From: Candidatus Poseidoniaceae archaeon
GTDB taxonomy: Archaea > Thermoplasmatota > Poseidoniia > Poseidoniales > Poseidoniaceae
Reading direction: 5' to 3'
NCBI GenBank assembly: GCA_028356125.1
Contig: JAOMTZ010000002.1
Location: forward strand, 70,707 to 134,706
DNA length: 64,000 nt
A model generated the notes under the pieces. That model was not told where the DNA came from. It was given only the letters and a program-made list of their open reading frames with translations, and made no database searches. This document shows, in pieces, positions 37,024 to 46,147 of the stretch; positions within the stretch are counted from its first letter, which is position 1, and every line of letters begins with the position of its first letter. A program made the translations under genes and the position numbers.

Positions 37024-37134
37024 TCACCATAATGGATAGGCGAACATCGTAATCATTAGGATTACGAAAGAAAGTAAGAAAGTAATCAGATAAGTGCTTT
37101 GAGCAGGGTCTTGGGATGGAACTTCGTCACTCAT
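37024..37134 (-). CDS. Candidate 36-aa single-TM micro-protein (below the ORF-track cutoff)
   Basis: Hand translation gives MSDEVPSQDPAQSTYLITFLLSFVILMITMFAYPLW. A GGTGA Shine-Dalgarno-like motif lies 5 nt upstream of the ATG. The ORF lies just upstream of asnB on the same strand. Confidence 0.3.
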   Translation of the reverse strand: MSDEVPSQDPAQSTYLITFLLSFVILMITMFAYPLW

Positions 37135-37186
37135 TGGGTCTCACCTATACAAGGGCGGGGGAAAGAGCCATTTCAACATAATGGTC

Positions 37187-37804
37187 TCATAACCAAGGTA
37201 CTAGCAATATTGCAGCAGATAATGGTATCAGCAGCATTGTAGCATTATCATCAATCCATCTTAGCCTTGGCCATTCCGCAGCAACGCAAAGTGGACCCAT
37301 TAGTACCGCTAATAGAATCGGAGTCTCTACGAAATGCCAAGTTCCCACCCAAATTAAAGCGATAAAAATTGAACCGAAGATAAAGACACGACGTGAATCC
37401 AAACCTTTGCGTCGTAATTCTCCCAAAAATGGGTCACCTAATGAAAGTGAAAGAATTAGTGGCCAAACTAATTCTGGGTACTCGGAAAGTGTCATGAAAG
37501 TCATTCCAACTGCAAAAGCACCCCATGCTAAAGCACTGACTTGTTTTGATTCATAATCGCGCTGACCAAAAATTGTTATTCCTAATTTTAGCCTGACCGC
37601 TTCAGCAAATACAAGAGTTAGAATCATTACTGACACTAATTGCATCTCAGATAGTGGTACCAAATCGGATAATTTCTCGCCGTATTCATAGAAGACCAGT
37701 GGTATGATTGACATCCCTACATGGAAGCCACGTCTAAACAGGTGCCCGTACAGTCCTCCAACGGAATGTTCGACAGGGTCAGTTAACTCTACTTGGTCAC
37801 TCAT
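37187..37804 (-). CDS. Polytopic membrane protein, possibly CTP-dependent polyprenol/dolichol kinase or CDS-like
   Basis: About 6 TM helices. SLGDPFLGELRRKG and IDDNATMLLIP loosely resemble GDxxAxxxG and DDN motifs of that superfamily. It overlaps the meaB stop by 8 nt. Confidence 0.4.
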   Translation of the reverse strand: MSDQVELTDPVEHSVGGLYGHLFRRGFHVGMSIIPLVFYEYGEKLSDLVPLSEMQLVSVMILTLVFAEAVRLKLGITIFGQRDYESKQVSALAWGAFAVGMTFMTLSEYPELVWPLILSLSLGDPFLGELRRKGLDSRRVFIFGSIFIALIWVGTWHFVETPILLAVLMGPLCVAAEWPRLRWIDDNATMLLIPLSAAILLVPWL

Positions 37805-38618
37805 TAAGAAGCCTCAGTGCTTCCTCGAGCACTAACCCTTCTTCAGACATGCGGTCAAGTATAGCCTCAAAAGCGGGATTTAGAATCAAAATGTTCTCAT
37901 GCGCCATCAACAATTGTTGCCTAGCCCTAGCCCTGCGAGAAGTTACTCTTTCATCCAAATGTAGAATCATTTCTGATAATTCATCCAAACCGTCACCCTT
38001 AGTGGCACTGGTTCGAATAATTGGTGGCGCATCATCAGTCAAAGTTAGTGAGACTGTTAAGTCGTTAACAACTCTTTCAGCGCCTTCCATATCACTCTTA
38101 TTTACAACAATAAGATCTGCAAGTTCCAAAAGTCCAGCCTTCTCAGCTTGTATACCGTCACCACGAGCAGGACCTTCTACAACGATAATCCGATTTGCTA
38201 TTGCAGCGCACCGCATTTCAGATTGGCCAGCACCAACTGTTTCAATGATTACTAAATCGAAGTTATTAGCCAGTAAATGACTAGCAAGGCCCCTTACTAT
38301 AGAAGGAATAGAACCGCTTGACGAGCGTGTTGCAATACTACGGACATAGATTGAATCCGCTTTTGTTTTATCATCTAAAACACTCAATCTAATTCTATCT
38401 CCCAGAAGGGCACCACCACTTATTGGAGAAGTAGGATCTACTGCAAGAACTGCGACTAAATTATTAGGCGTTAGTCGATGTAGTATTCCATCGACTAAAC
38501 ATGACTTACCAACACCTGGTGGTCCTGTTATCGCAACGATTAGACCATCTGTGTCAGTAACTTCCAACTCACCATTTTCAATGGCAGACAACTGCCTGGC
38601 GAGTTGACGACGATCCAA
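37797..38618 (-). CDS. meaB: Methylmalonyl-CoA mutase-associated GTPase MeaB/ArgK
   Basis: The P-loop is GPPGVGKS, with ETVGAGQSE and the NKSD G4 motif. It lies immediately downstream of the B12-binding mutase subunit. Confidence 0.85.
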   Translation of the reverse strand: MDRRQLARQLSAIENGELEVTDTDGLIVAITGPPGVGKSCLVDGILHRLTPNNLVAVLAVDPTSPISGGALLGDRIRLSVLDDKTKADSIYVRSIATRSSSGSIPSIVRGLASHLLANNFDLVIIETVGAGQSEMRCAAIANRIIVVEGPARGDGIQAEKAGLLELADLIVVNKSDMEGAERVVNDLTVSLTLTDDAPPIIRTSATKGDGLDELSEMILHLDERVTSRRARARQQLLMAHENILILNPAFEAILDRMSEEGLVLEEALRLLNE

Positions 38619-39056
38619 TCACTCACCCCAATGCCAGTCATCTTCTGAACCGACTCCGCAATCTCTTTCTGATGCGAAATTAACGAATTCAAGTATTTCT
38701 GAAGAAGGAGTACCCGGCCCGAAAATTGCTCTGACACCTGCTGCAAAAAGAGGTGGGCGGTCAGACTCTGGAATGATTCCACCCCCGAATACTACCACAT
38801 CCCCAAGCCCTGCTTCACGAAGAAGTTCGCACACCTTCGGAAATAAGTGACTGTGAGCACCAGATAATGAAGAAAGGCCTACGAATCTCGCATCTTCATC
38901 CAATACTGTTCTGATAATTTGGTCAGGAGTTCGGCGTAATCCGGTGTAGATTACTTCGTGTCCACCATCGCGTAAAGCCCGTGCTACAACTTTCGCCCCA
39001 CGGTCGTGACCGTCAAGGCCCGGTTTGGCTATCACTATGCGTTGCCGCTCTCCCAT
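38619..39056 (-). CDS. Methylmalonyl-CoA mutase, small B12-binding subunit
   Basis: [34 protein letters not shown] contains the DxHxxG cobalamin-binding motif. The start was taken at MGERQR (39056) rather than 39110. Confidence 0.85.
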
Positions 39057-39155
39057 ATTGTGGCGTGTGTAAGAGCGTCTATGAAGCGGTTGCGGTGTAG
39101 AAATGCACACACAAGCAATAAGGAGGGGCTATCACTGACTCGATTTGGCGAAGGC

Positions 39156-40709
39156 ATGATGGGTACCGAAGACAGACTACGGGACTTGCGAGCGAGAAAG
39201 GCTCGTGTTGAAGCTGGCGGCGGCCAAGTAAGGGTCGACGCTCAACACAAAAGAGGCAAAATGACCGCAAGGGAGCGCCTCGAAATGCTTCTTGATGACG
39301 GCTCATTCCAAGAGATGGATGCCCTTGTTGAGCATCGATGTCGAGATTTCGACATGGACAAGAATGTGATACCAGGTGACGGAGTTGTAACTGGACATGG
39401 AACAGTCAATGGAAGAGAAATTTTTGCTTTCGCTCAAGATTTCACCGTTTATGGTGGAAGTCTTGGAGAGATGCATGGTTTGAAGATTTGCAAAGTACTT
39501 GACATGGCCTTGAAGACTGGCCGCCCTGTTATCGGATTGAACGATAGTGGTGGCGCTCGTATCCAAGAAGGAGTTGCTAGCCTAGGTTCATATGCTGAAA
39601 TTTTCTTCAGAAACGTCAGAGCAAGTGGAGTAGTCCCCCAAATCAGTGTTATTATGGGCCCTTGCGCAGGGGGAGCAGTATACTCTCCTGCTATTACCGA
39701 CTTCGTGATAATGGTTGACAAAACTGCACATATGTTCATTACTGGACCTGAAGTTATCAAGACTGTTACCAATGAAGAGGTATCATTCGAAGATCTAGGA
39801 GGGGCTGGAACTCATGGCAGCAAGTCAGGAGTGTCTCACTTTACTGCAGAAGACGACCAAAGTGCGATTAACCTTGCACGTGAACTGGTTGATTTACTAC
39901 CATCAAATAACATGGAAAAGCCACCGCTGAAGAAAACTAGCGACCCAGCGAACCGTGTTTGCGAGAAGTTGGATTCAATCGTACCTGAAGACCCAACTAG
40001 GCCATATGATGTCAAGGATGTAATCACAGAGATTCTTGACGATGGAGGATTCCTAGAAGTCCAAGAGAATTGGGCAGGTAATATTGTTGTAGGATTCGGA
40101 CATCTAAATGGTTCGACTGTTGGAGTTGTAGCAAACCAACCAAAGATGCTTGCTGGATGCTTGGACATTGATGCCAGCGATAAAGCAGCAAGATTTGTAA
40201 GATTCTGTGATGCATTCAATATCCCAATCATTACTTTGGAAGACGTTCCAGGTTTCCTGCCAGGTACCAATCAAGAATGGGGTGGAATTATTCGACATGG
40301 TGCGAAGTTACTCTATGCATACGCAGAAGCGACTGTTCCGAAATTAACTGTAATCCTACGCAAAGCCTACGGTGGAGCATACGACGTCATGTCTTCAAAA
40401 CACATTCGTGGAGATTACAATGTTGCATGGCCAAGTGCCGAACTTGCAGTAATGGGTGCTGAGGGAGCCGTCCAGATTATTCATCGACGCAGATTGCAAA
40501 ACGCCAGAGACCCAGAAGGTGAAAGAGGTCGATTGATTGAGGACTTCGAAGAGAAGTTTGCCAATCCATACAAAGCTGCGGCACTAGGATACCTAGATGA
40601 TGTAATTGAACCGAATCAAACTAGAGATCGTTTATGCAAAGCACTTGGAATGTTACTTGACAAAGAAGAGTTGCGACCAGCAAGAAAGCACGGAAATATT
40701 CCATTGTGA
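39156..40709 (+). CDS. pccB: Propionyl-CoA carboxylase beta / methylmalonyl-CoA carboxyltransferase subunit
   Basis: The gene is colinear with the carboxyltransferase 12S/PccB family ([45 protein letters not shown]). The start was moved to ATG 39156 to avoid overlapping the divergent mutase gene. Confidence 0.9.
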
Positions 40710-40718
40710 GTTGATATT

Positions 40719-40904
40719 ATGGCAGATAATGATACTCTAAGAATGGCTGCAATCGCTGCAGTATTAGCCGCATCTTCTACCAGTGAAGACCCTGCCCAAG
40801 CAGGACGAAAGTCTGGTGAAGCATGGGCTGAAGACCATAGAAGAATGAATATGGGATTGTCATCATTGATGCACAGAAGGAGCGCACGCTCACCATGGAG
40901 ATGA
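40719..40904 (+). CDS. Small subunit candidate (acyl-CoA carboxylase epsilon/PccX-like)
   Basis: 61 aa. It lies between the carboxyltransferase and biotin-carrier genes and overlaps the latter by 10 nt. The AAIAAVLAASST segment resembles epsilon-subunit motifs. The evidence is weak. Confidence 0.35.
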   Translation: MADNDTLRMAAIAAVLAASSTSEDPAQAGRKSGEAWAEDHRRMNMGLSSLMHRRSARSPWR

Positions 40905-41317
40905 AAATAATGAGTGAAACTAGAAAGGTCATTGTTGATGGAGAGGAGTTCGAAGTTGAACTTGTGCAAGATGGTGAGATGTGGAAGGCTACAGTCGAAG
41001 GGAAAACATTCGAAATTCTGGTTCCAGATGCAGGACCTGCTCCTAAACAGAGAAGATCAGCCGGTGGCAAATCCAAAAAGTCCGGCAAAGTCACTGCAAA
41101 TATTCCGGGTAAGGTCGTAACTGTTGAGGTTACCGTAGGTCAAGAAGTCGAAGAAGGGCAGGTTGTCATGATTCTCGAAGCAATGAAAATGCAAAATGAA
41201 ATCCAGGCACCAGTAAGCGGTACTGTGACCGAGATTCATTGTGAAGAAGGGCAATCGATTGAAGCCAATGTCCCTCTACTTGTGATTACACCTCCTGAAA
41301 CTGAAGAAGAAGCGTGA
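40895..41317 (+). CDS. Biotin carboxyl carrier protein (biotinyl domain)
   Basis: The biotinylation motif is ILEAMKMQNEIQAPVSGTV, with an Ala/Pro/Lys-rich linker upstream. Confidence 0.8.
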   Translation: MEMKIMSETRKVIVDGEEFEVELVQDGEMWKATVEGKTFEILVPDAGPAPKQRRSAGGKSKKSGKVTANIPGKVVTVEVTVGQEVEEGQVVMILEAMKMQNEIQAPVSGTVTEIHCEEGQSIEANVPLLVITPPETEEEA

Positions 41318-41360
41318 TAAATTACAATCATTAAAGTCAGAAGGAGTTCAGGGTGATAAC

Positions 41361-41600
41361 ATGGGAGAAGACGCCGTCTGCGATTATCCAGGTTGTGGAG
41401 CAGTAGGAGAGATCATCTCCAGACTCTCACCAGAAGGCTACCTCGTGGCTACTGGAAAGAAGGCATACTCATTTCGAGAAGCATATCGCCGATTCCATTA
41501 TTGCGCAGATCACCACGAAGAATTGATGGGTGGAGTTTGGTCTAGAGTTCGCAAGCCAGACGACAAGAAAGATGGCCATGTTGCACCAACTGCAATTTGA
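41361..41600 (+). CDS. Small Cys/His-containing hypothetical protein
   Basis: 79 aa. CDYPGCG...HYCADHH could bind a metal. No family was recognised. Confidence 0.35.
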   Translation: MGEDAVCDYPGCGAVGEIISRLSPEGYLVATGKKAYSFREAYRRFHYCADHHEELMGGVWSRVRKPDDKKDGHVAPTAI

Positions 41601-41651
41601 AGACCATTAATCCGGGCAAAAGGTTTAGTCACAGTCCGAAGGTTTTCCATC

Positions 41652-42143
41652 ATGGTCGAAGAGCCTACGGTGAAAAAACCACCTCCCACCCAGCACATCT
41701 CATTTGAAGATGAAGAGGCTCAAATTGTTACTGAAATTCCAAAACTAACTGGTTTAACACATCCAGATTTGTCTGAAGAAGAAATCCAAGAATTTGTACA
41801 AAAATACAACATTGAATTATCATACACACCCGAAGATAATTTCCGTCAACTGTCACATCTAACTCTGGGAATAGGTTTTGTATTGGGATTCATTATTTGG
41901 ATAACAAGTATTGGCAAGACGGATGATGACAGTAGTTTGGCATGCTGCAGTTTAATGCTGATTGCAGTAGGTATTGCTCCTCTATTCGATGCAGGATATT
42001 ATACTAAAAAGAAAGAATGGCAACAAAAACATGCGATCAATCATAACAGTAGTGATATTTCCATCGCCATTAACGTGATTCTGGGAATGATATTCTTACT
42101 CATAGGTATTGTTTTGTTCTTGCTTTACATAATTAAGTTGTGA
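41652..42143 (+). CDS. Hypothetical membrane protein (3 TM)
   Basis: An acidic N-terminal 60 aa is followed by three hydrophobic helices. Confidence 0.45.
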   Translation: MVEEPTVKKPPPTQHISFEDEEAQIVTEIPKLTGLTHPDLSEEEIQEFVQKYNIELSYTPEDNFRQLSHLTLGIGFVLGFIIWITSIGKTDDDSSLACCSLMLIAVGIAPLFDAGYYTKKKEWQQKHAINHNSSDISIAINVILGMIFLLIGIVLFLLYIIKL

Positions 42144-42206
42144 TTAGAGAAATTAGGACCATGCTGAATAACAACTCTTCATATACTCAGGAGTGCACCT
42201 TTATTC

Positions 42207-42416
42207 ATGATTAGCACAACTATTGCAATATATTCCCTAGGAGCAATGATTGTTTTACTGTCTGGACTTCTTACCAGCAGAGCCCTGAAAAGACGTAAAA
42301 GCAAGCCTGAGAACATATGGGAGCTAAGGACCACACAATCAGCAAGTTACAACTCACGTAGACCTAGCAATGCCCCGCTAAGTGCACCTCCGACTGAAGC
42401 ATTCTACAACAGATAA
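42207..42416 (+). CDS. Small single-TM hypothetical protein
   Basis: 69 aa with an N-terminal helix (TIAIYSLGAMIVLLSGLL). The coding evidence is weak. Confidence 0.3.
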   Translation: MISTTIAIYSLGAMIVLLSGLLTSRALKRRKSKPENIWELRTTQSASYNSRRPSNAPLSAPPTEAFYNR

Positions 42417-42435
42417 TCAGGTTCAATGAACAGCA

Positions 42436-43047
42436 TCATTGCTGATCATTTTTTTTGCTTGGGGTGAAAAAGGTCTCAACCTTATCGTAAATCTTCTCTT
42501 CCAAGGCTGCAACTTTGAGTACTAATTCATTACTTGTGGGTTTTTCTTCTTTCAAAATAGGAACCATAGATGACCAAACTCCTTCTCCTTTAATTCTAGA
42601 ATATATCGCTGCCGAAACATGGGTTGCAATTAAGATGTAACTTAGAACTGCAGAAAATTCATGTGCAGTTAGAACTATACTAATCACTAGACCATCCTCA
42701 TCAGTGTGGCCTTGAGTATACAACCCTGCAATCAATAACCCCGTCAATGGAAGCATTACCAATGTAAAATACATTGAAAGGTGAACTGTTTTGGCAAAGA
42801 AGGTGTGAACTTTGTGCACAGGAACATTGGCACCTTGGAATGTCTCAGCACTTCTCATATAGAAATAGCGCATTATCACGATAAGGAGGAATACACTTGC
42901 AAAACTGACTTCCAAGATAAGTAAGCCATTGTCCTCTAAGTCTTCCAAATCGTCAACTTGTTTGAAAATCCCATACGCATATAGCAGAATAAAACTCCAA
43001 TGAATAAATTTGGCAAGTATCGTATGATTCTTGCCCATTATTTTCAC
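42436..43047 (-). CDS. Cytochrome b561-like (CybB/Ni_hydr_CYTB-type) membrane di-heme protein
   Basis: Four helices carry conserved-position histidines (FIHWSF, KVHTFFAKTVHLSMY, TAHEFSAV...ATHVSAAIY). Confidence 0.5.
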   Translation of the reverse strand: MKIMGKNHTILAKFIHWSFILLYAYGIFKQVDDLEDLEDNGLLILEVSFASVFLLIVIMRYFYMRSAETFQGANVPVHKVHTFFAKTVHLSMYFTLVMLPLTGLLIAGLYTQGHTDEDGLVISIVLTAHEFSAVLSYILIATHVSAAIYSRIKGEGVWSSMVPILKEEKPTSNELVLKVAALEEKIYDKVETFFTPSKKNDQQ

Positions 43048-43066
43048 AACTGCAGTAGTGTCGAAC

Positions 43067-44440
<1,374 letters not shown>

Positions 44441-44505
44441 TTACACAATTGTGTTGGCCGAGCCACCTAAAGACCCTTTACAAGCATTCCCTAAACTAGA
44501 GTACA

Positions 44506-44952
44506 CTAGAAGTGTGGACAGACGGTATTAAAGCGTTCCAGACGCTCTAATCTACGTTCTCCATTTTCATCATGTTCTGACATTGCACGAATCGCTTCTT
44601 CAATCAAAGCATGCTGGTCAGGTTGAATTCCAAGCAACTTCCTCAAGTTCTCAAGTATGGCCCACTCGTCTTCTGTAATGACCTCATCATCTAAAGCGGC
44701 AACCAATGCAGATTGGTATGTTGTTGCATCACCTACTTGGTGTGTAGAATAATCATCTGGATTGGTAATTGGTGAAGGATCAACGCCTCTTGCAACATCC
44801 ATAGCAGCACCTACATTGGAAGGATCCATTCCCAAAGCGATTGCAAGTACCTTCAGTATTGATGCTTCGTCATCTGTGACAATGTCATCATCCAGTGCAG
44901 TAGTTAGAACCTCTAGGTAGAGATACAGTCCTCGGGTTGCAATTAGTGCCAT
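44506..44952 (-). CDS. TerB-like tandem-repeat acidic protein
   Basis: There are two internal repeats: LDDDIVTDDEASILKVLAIALGMDPS and LDDEVITEDEWAILENLRKLLGIQPD. Confidence 0.45.
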   Translation of the reverse strand: MALIATRGLYLYLEVLTTALDDDIVTDDEASILKVLAIALGMDPSNVGAAMDVARGVDPSPITNPDDYSTHQVGDATTYQSALVAALDDEVITEDEWAILENLRKLLGIQPDQHALIEEAIRAMSEHDENGERRLERLERFNTVCPHF

Positions 44953-44998
44953 GTATCTCCCATTAAGGACTACCGTTTGAGGATTGCCGTCTCAAACT

Positions 44999-45340
44999 TC
45001 AATCAATTAGCTCATCGATTCGAGCGATTGAAGAAATTAATTCGCCTTTTTCAGCCTTTAGAATTTCAACCATCTCTTTTACATGATTTAATTCATCAAG
45101 TTGCCACTCGTTGGTATTTGACCTCTTAGCAACACCCAACTTATGCCAGTAATTGATACCAACAAGGATGGCACTTTTCGACATGCCTGAACACTTAGAC
45201 ATCTCAGATGTGGTCTTGTCCCCATTTGAAAGCTGTGAAAGAACAGTTACTGCACTTCCAGGTACGCCAAGTCTGCGTAGGAAGTGAAGACGCTCGACCA
45301 TGGAGTATCCTGCGACATTGTACATTTCAATGTGCTCCAA
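44999..45340 (-). CDS. Winged-helix transcriptional regulator
   Basis: VLSQLSNGDKTTSEMSKCSGMSKSAILVGINYWHKLGVAKR fits a wHTH, with a C-terminal coiled segment. Possible starts are TTG 45340 or ATG 45325. Confidence 0.55.
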   Translation of the reverse strand: MEHIEMYNVAGYSMVERLHFLRRLGVPGSAVTVLSQLSNGDKTTSEMSKCSGMSKSAILVGINYWHKLGVAKRSNTNEWQLDELNHVKEMVEILKAEKGELISSIARIDELID

Positions 45341-45412
45341 GTTGTGCAGTACTTTGTAATCAATTGTAAGTCAAAATGTCATCAAATGTAATACATTCAT
45401 ATACCTGATGTT

Positions 45413-45814
45413 ATGTGGAAGGGTTACAGAGGAATGCGGATGACCACCCAAAGCACCCTAGTCTCACTACGAATCACCGATGAAGAGATTGCTCTTCTCG
45501 ATGCCAGAGTAGGACTAGATGGGGCAAGAAATCGAAGCGACGTGATTAGAACAGCGATTCGTTTATTCCTCGATGGGCAACCACTACTTCCAGATATGGA
45601 AACTATCACTATCCCAGTAGGACGCTCGATGAAGAGCAGACTTGGAGATCTATACGAACTTCAAGGAATAAGTCCAGAACAAGCAGCATCACAAGGAATG
45701 CAAGACTATGTTCGCCGCCTAATACAGGAAGAGGCAGCATTGAATGATACTCTCGCTGAAGGCCTAACAGAAGCCCGAAGCAAGACTGTAAGACGCAAGG
45801 AGTTCACTGAGTGA
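45413..45814 (+). CDS. Ribbon-helix-helix (CopG-like) DNA-binding protein
   Basis: VSLRITDEEIALLDARVGLDGARNRSDVIRTAIRLFL fits the RHH fold. It is divergent from the wHTH gene. Confidence 0.6.
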   Translation: MWKGYRGMRMTTQSTLVSLRITDEEIALLDARVGLDGARNRSDVIRTAIRLFLDGQPLLPDMETITIPVGRSMKSRLGDLYELQGISPEQAASQGMQDYVRRLIQEEAALNDTLAEGLTEARSKTVRRKEFTE

Positions 45815-45859
45815 AAACAGGGTGAGAGCCACATAATGGAGGGGATGGGAAAATGCGAT

Positions 45860-46075
45860 GGGAGGACGAACTTGGAAACAACCGTACTCCCTCTTTCCGA
45901 GCAGATGTTACACCGCCAGGTAACATCAGTTTCGTAGCACTGCGTCTACGTGCAAAAATTGCACAAACTGGCAACCCAACAAACGTCCCCCTGGATGACC
46001 AGGGGGACTCCGATTCCAATCCAGCTTGTTAAGCAGGATTAGTTCCACACGCACCCGGACCCCACATCCGGGTGC
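45860..46075. other. Cluster of six stem-loops (candidate structured RNA or palindromic DNA sites) overlapping a 59-codon ORF (45853-46032, +)
   Basis: Hand-folded stems are as follows.
- 45860-45891: GNRA (GAAA)-capped with an internal loop.
- 45904-45927: 8 bp perfect.
- 45933-45950: 5 bp.
- 45950-45964: 5 bp.
- 45985-46008: 10 bp perfect, GTCCCCCTGG/CCAGGGGGAC.
- 46051-46075: 9 bp perfect.

The identity of the element is unknown. Confidence 0.35.
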
Positions 46076-46147
46076 AAATTACTCAAACGGTGCAACCGCT
46101 ACTTCCACAACCTCAACCTCAAATACCTTCGACGAAGGCATCCCTAC

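Noticed and set aside
36971-37030. N-terminal 20-codon extension of AsnB (MVMCACSIQGVKSNLIRDSS)
   Set aside because: Class-II amidotransferases need Cys immediately after the initiator Met. MCGIGG at 36970 fits that requirement, so the extension was rejected.
39006-39155. Upstream 50-codon extension of the pccB-like ORF
   Set aside because: It overlaps the divergent mutase small-subunit gene, has no homology to carboxyltransferase N-termini, and the conserved sequence starts near [12 protein letters not shown].
40616-41094. Minus-strand ORFs of 117 and 105 aa overlapping the pccB end, the small ORF and the BCCP gene
   Set aside because: They are antisense to genes with clear family motifs (the AMKM biotinylation site lies on the + strand) and are shadow ORFs.
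45804-46019. 71-aa minus-strand ORF in the xpd upstream region
   Set aside because: The predicted protein is compositionally odd (Ser/Pro/Arg-rich) and has no start context. The ORF lies antisense to a hairpin-dense, GC-richer stretch, where open frames on both strands are expected by composition. It was treated as a shadow ORF.
45830-46090. Possibility that the structured region is SRP (7S) RNA or RNase P RNA
   Set aside because: The SRP helix-8 signature (GNAR loop flanked by AGG ... AGCA asymmetric/symmetric loops) is absent on both strands. The RNase P CR-I (GAGGAAAGUCC) and CR-V (ACAGAA..GGCUUA) blocks are also absent. A CCAGGUAAC match to the bacterial P8 region is better explained as one arm of the local 8-bp hairpin. 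The identity is left open.
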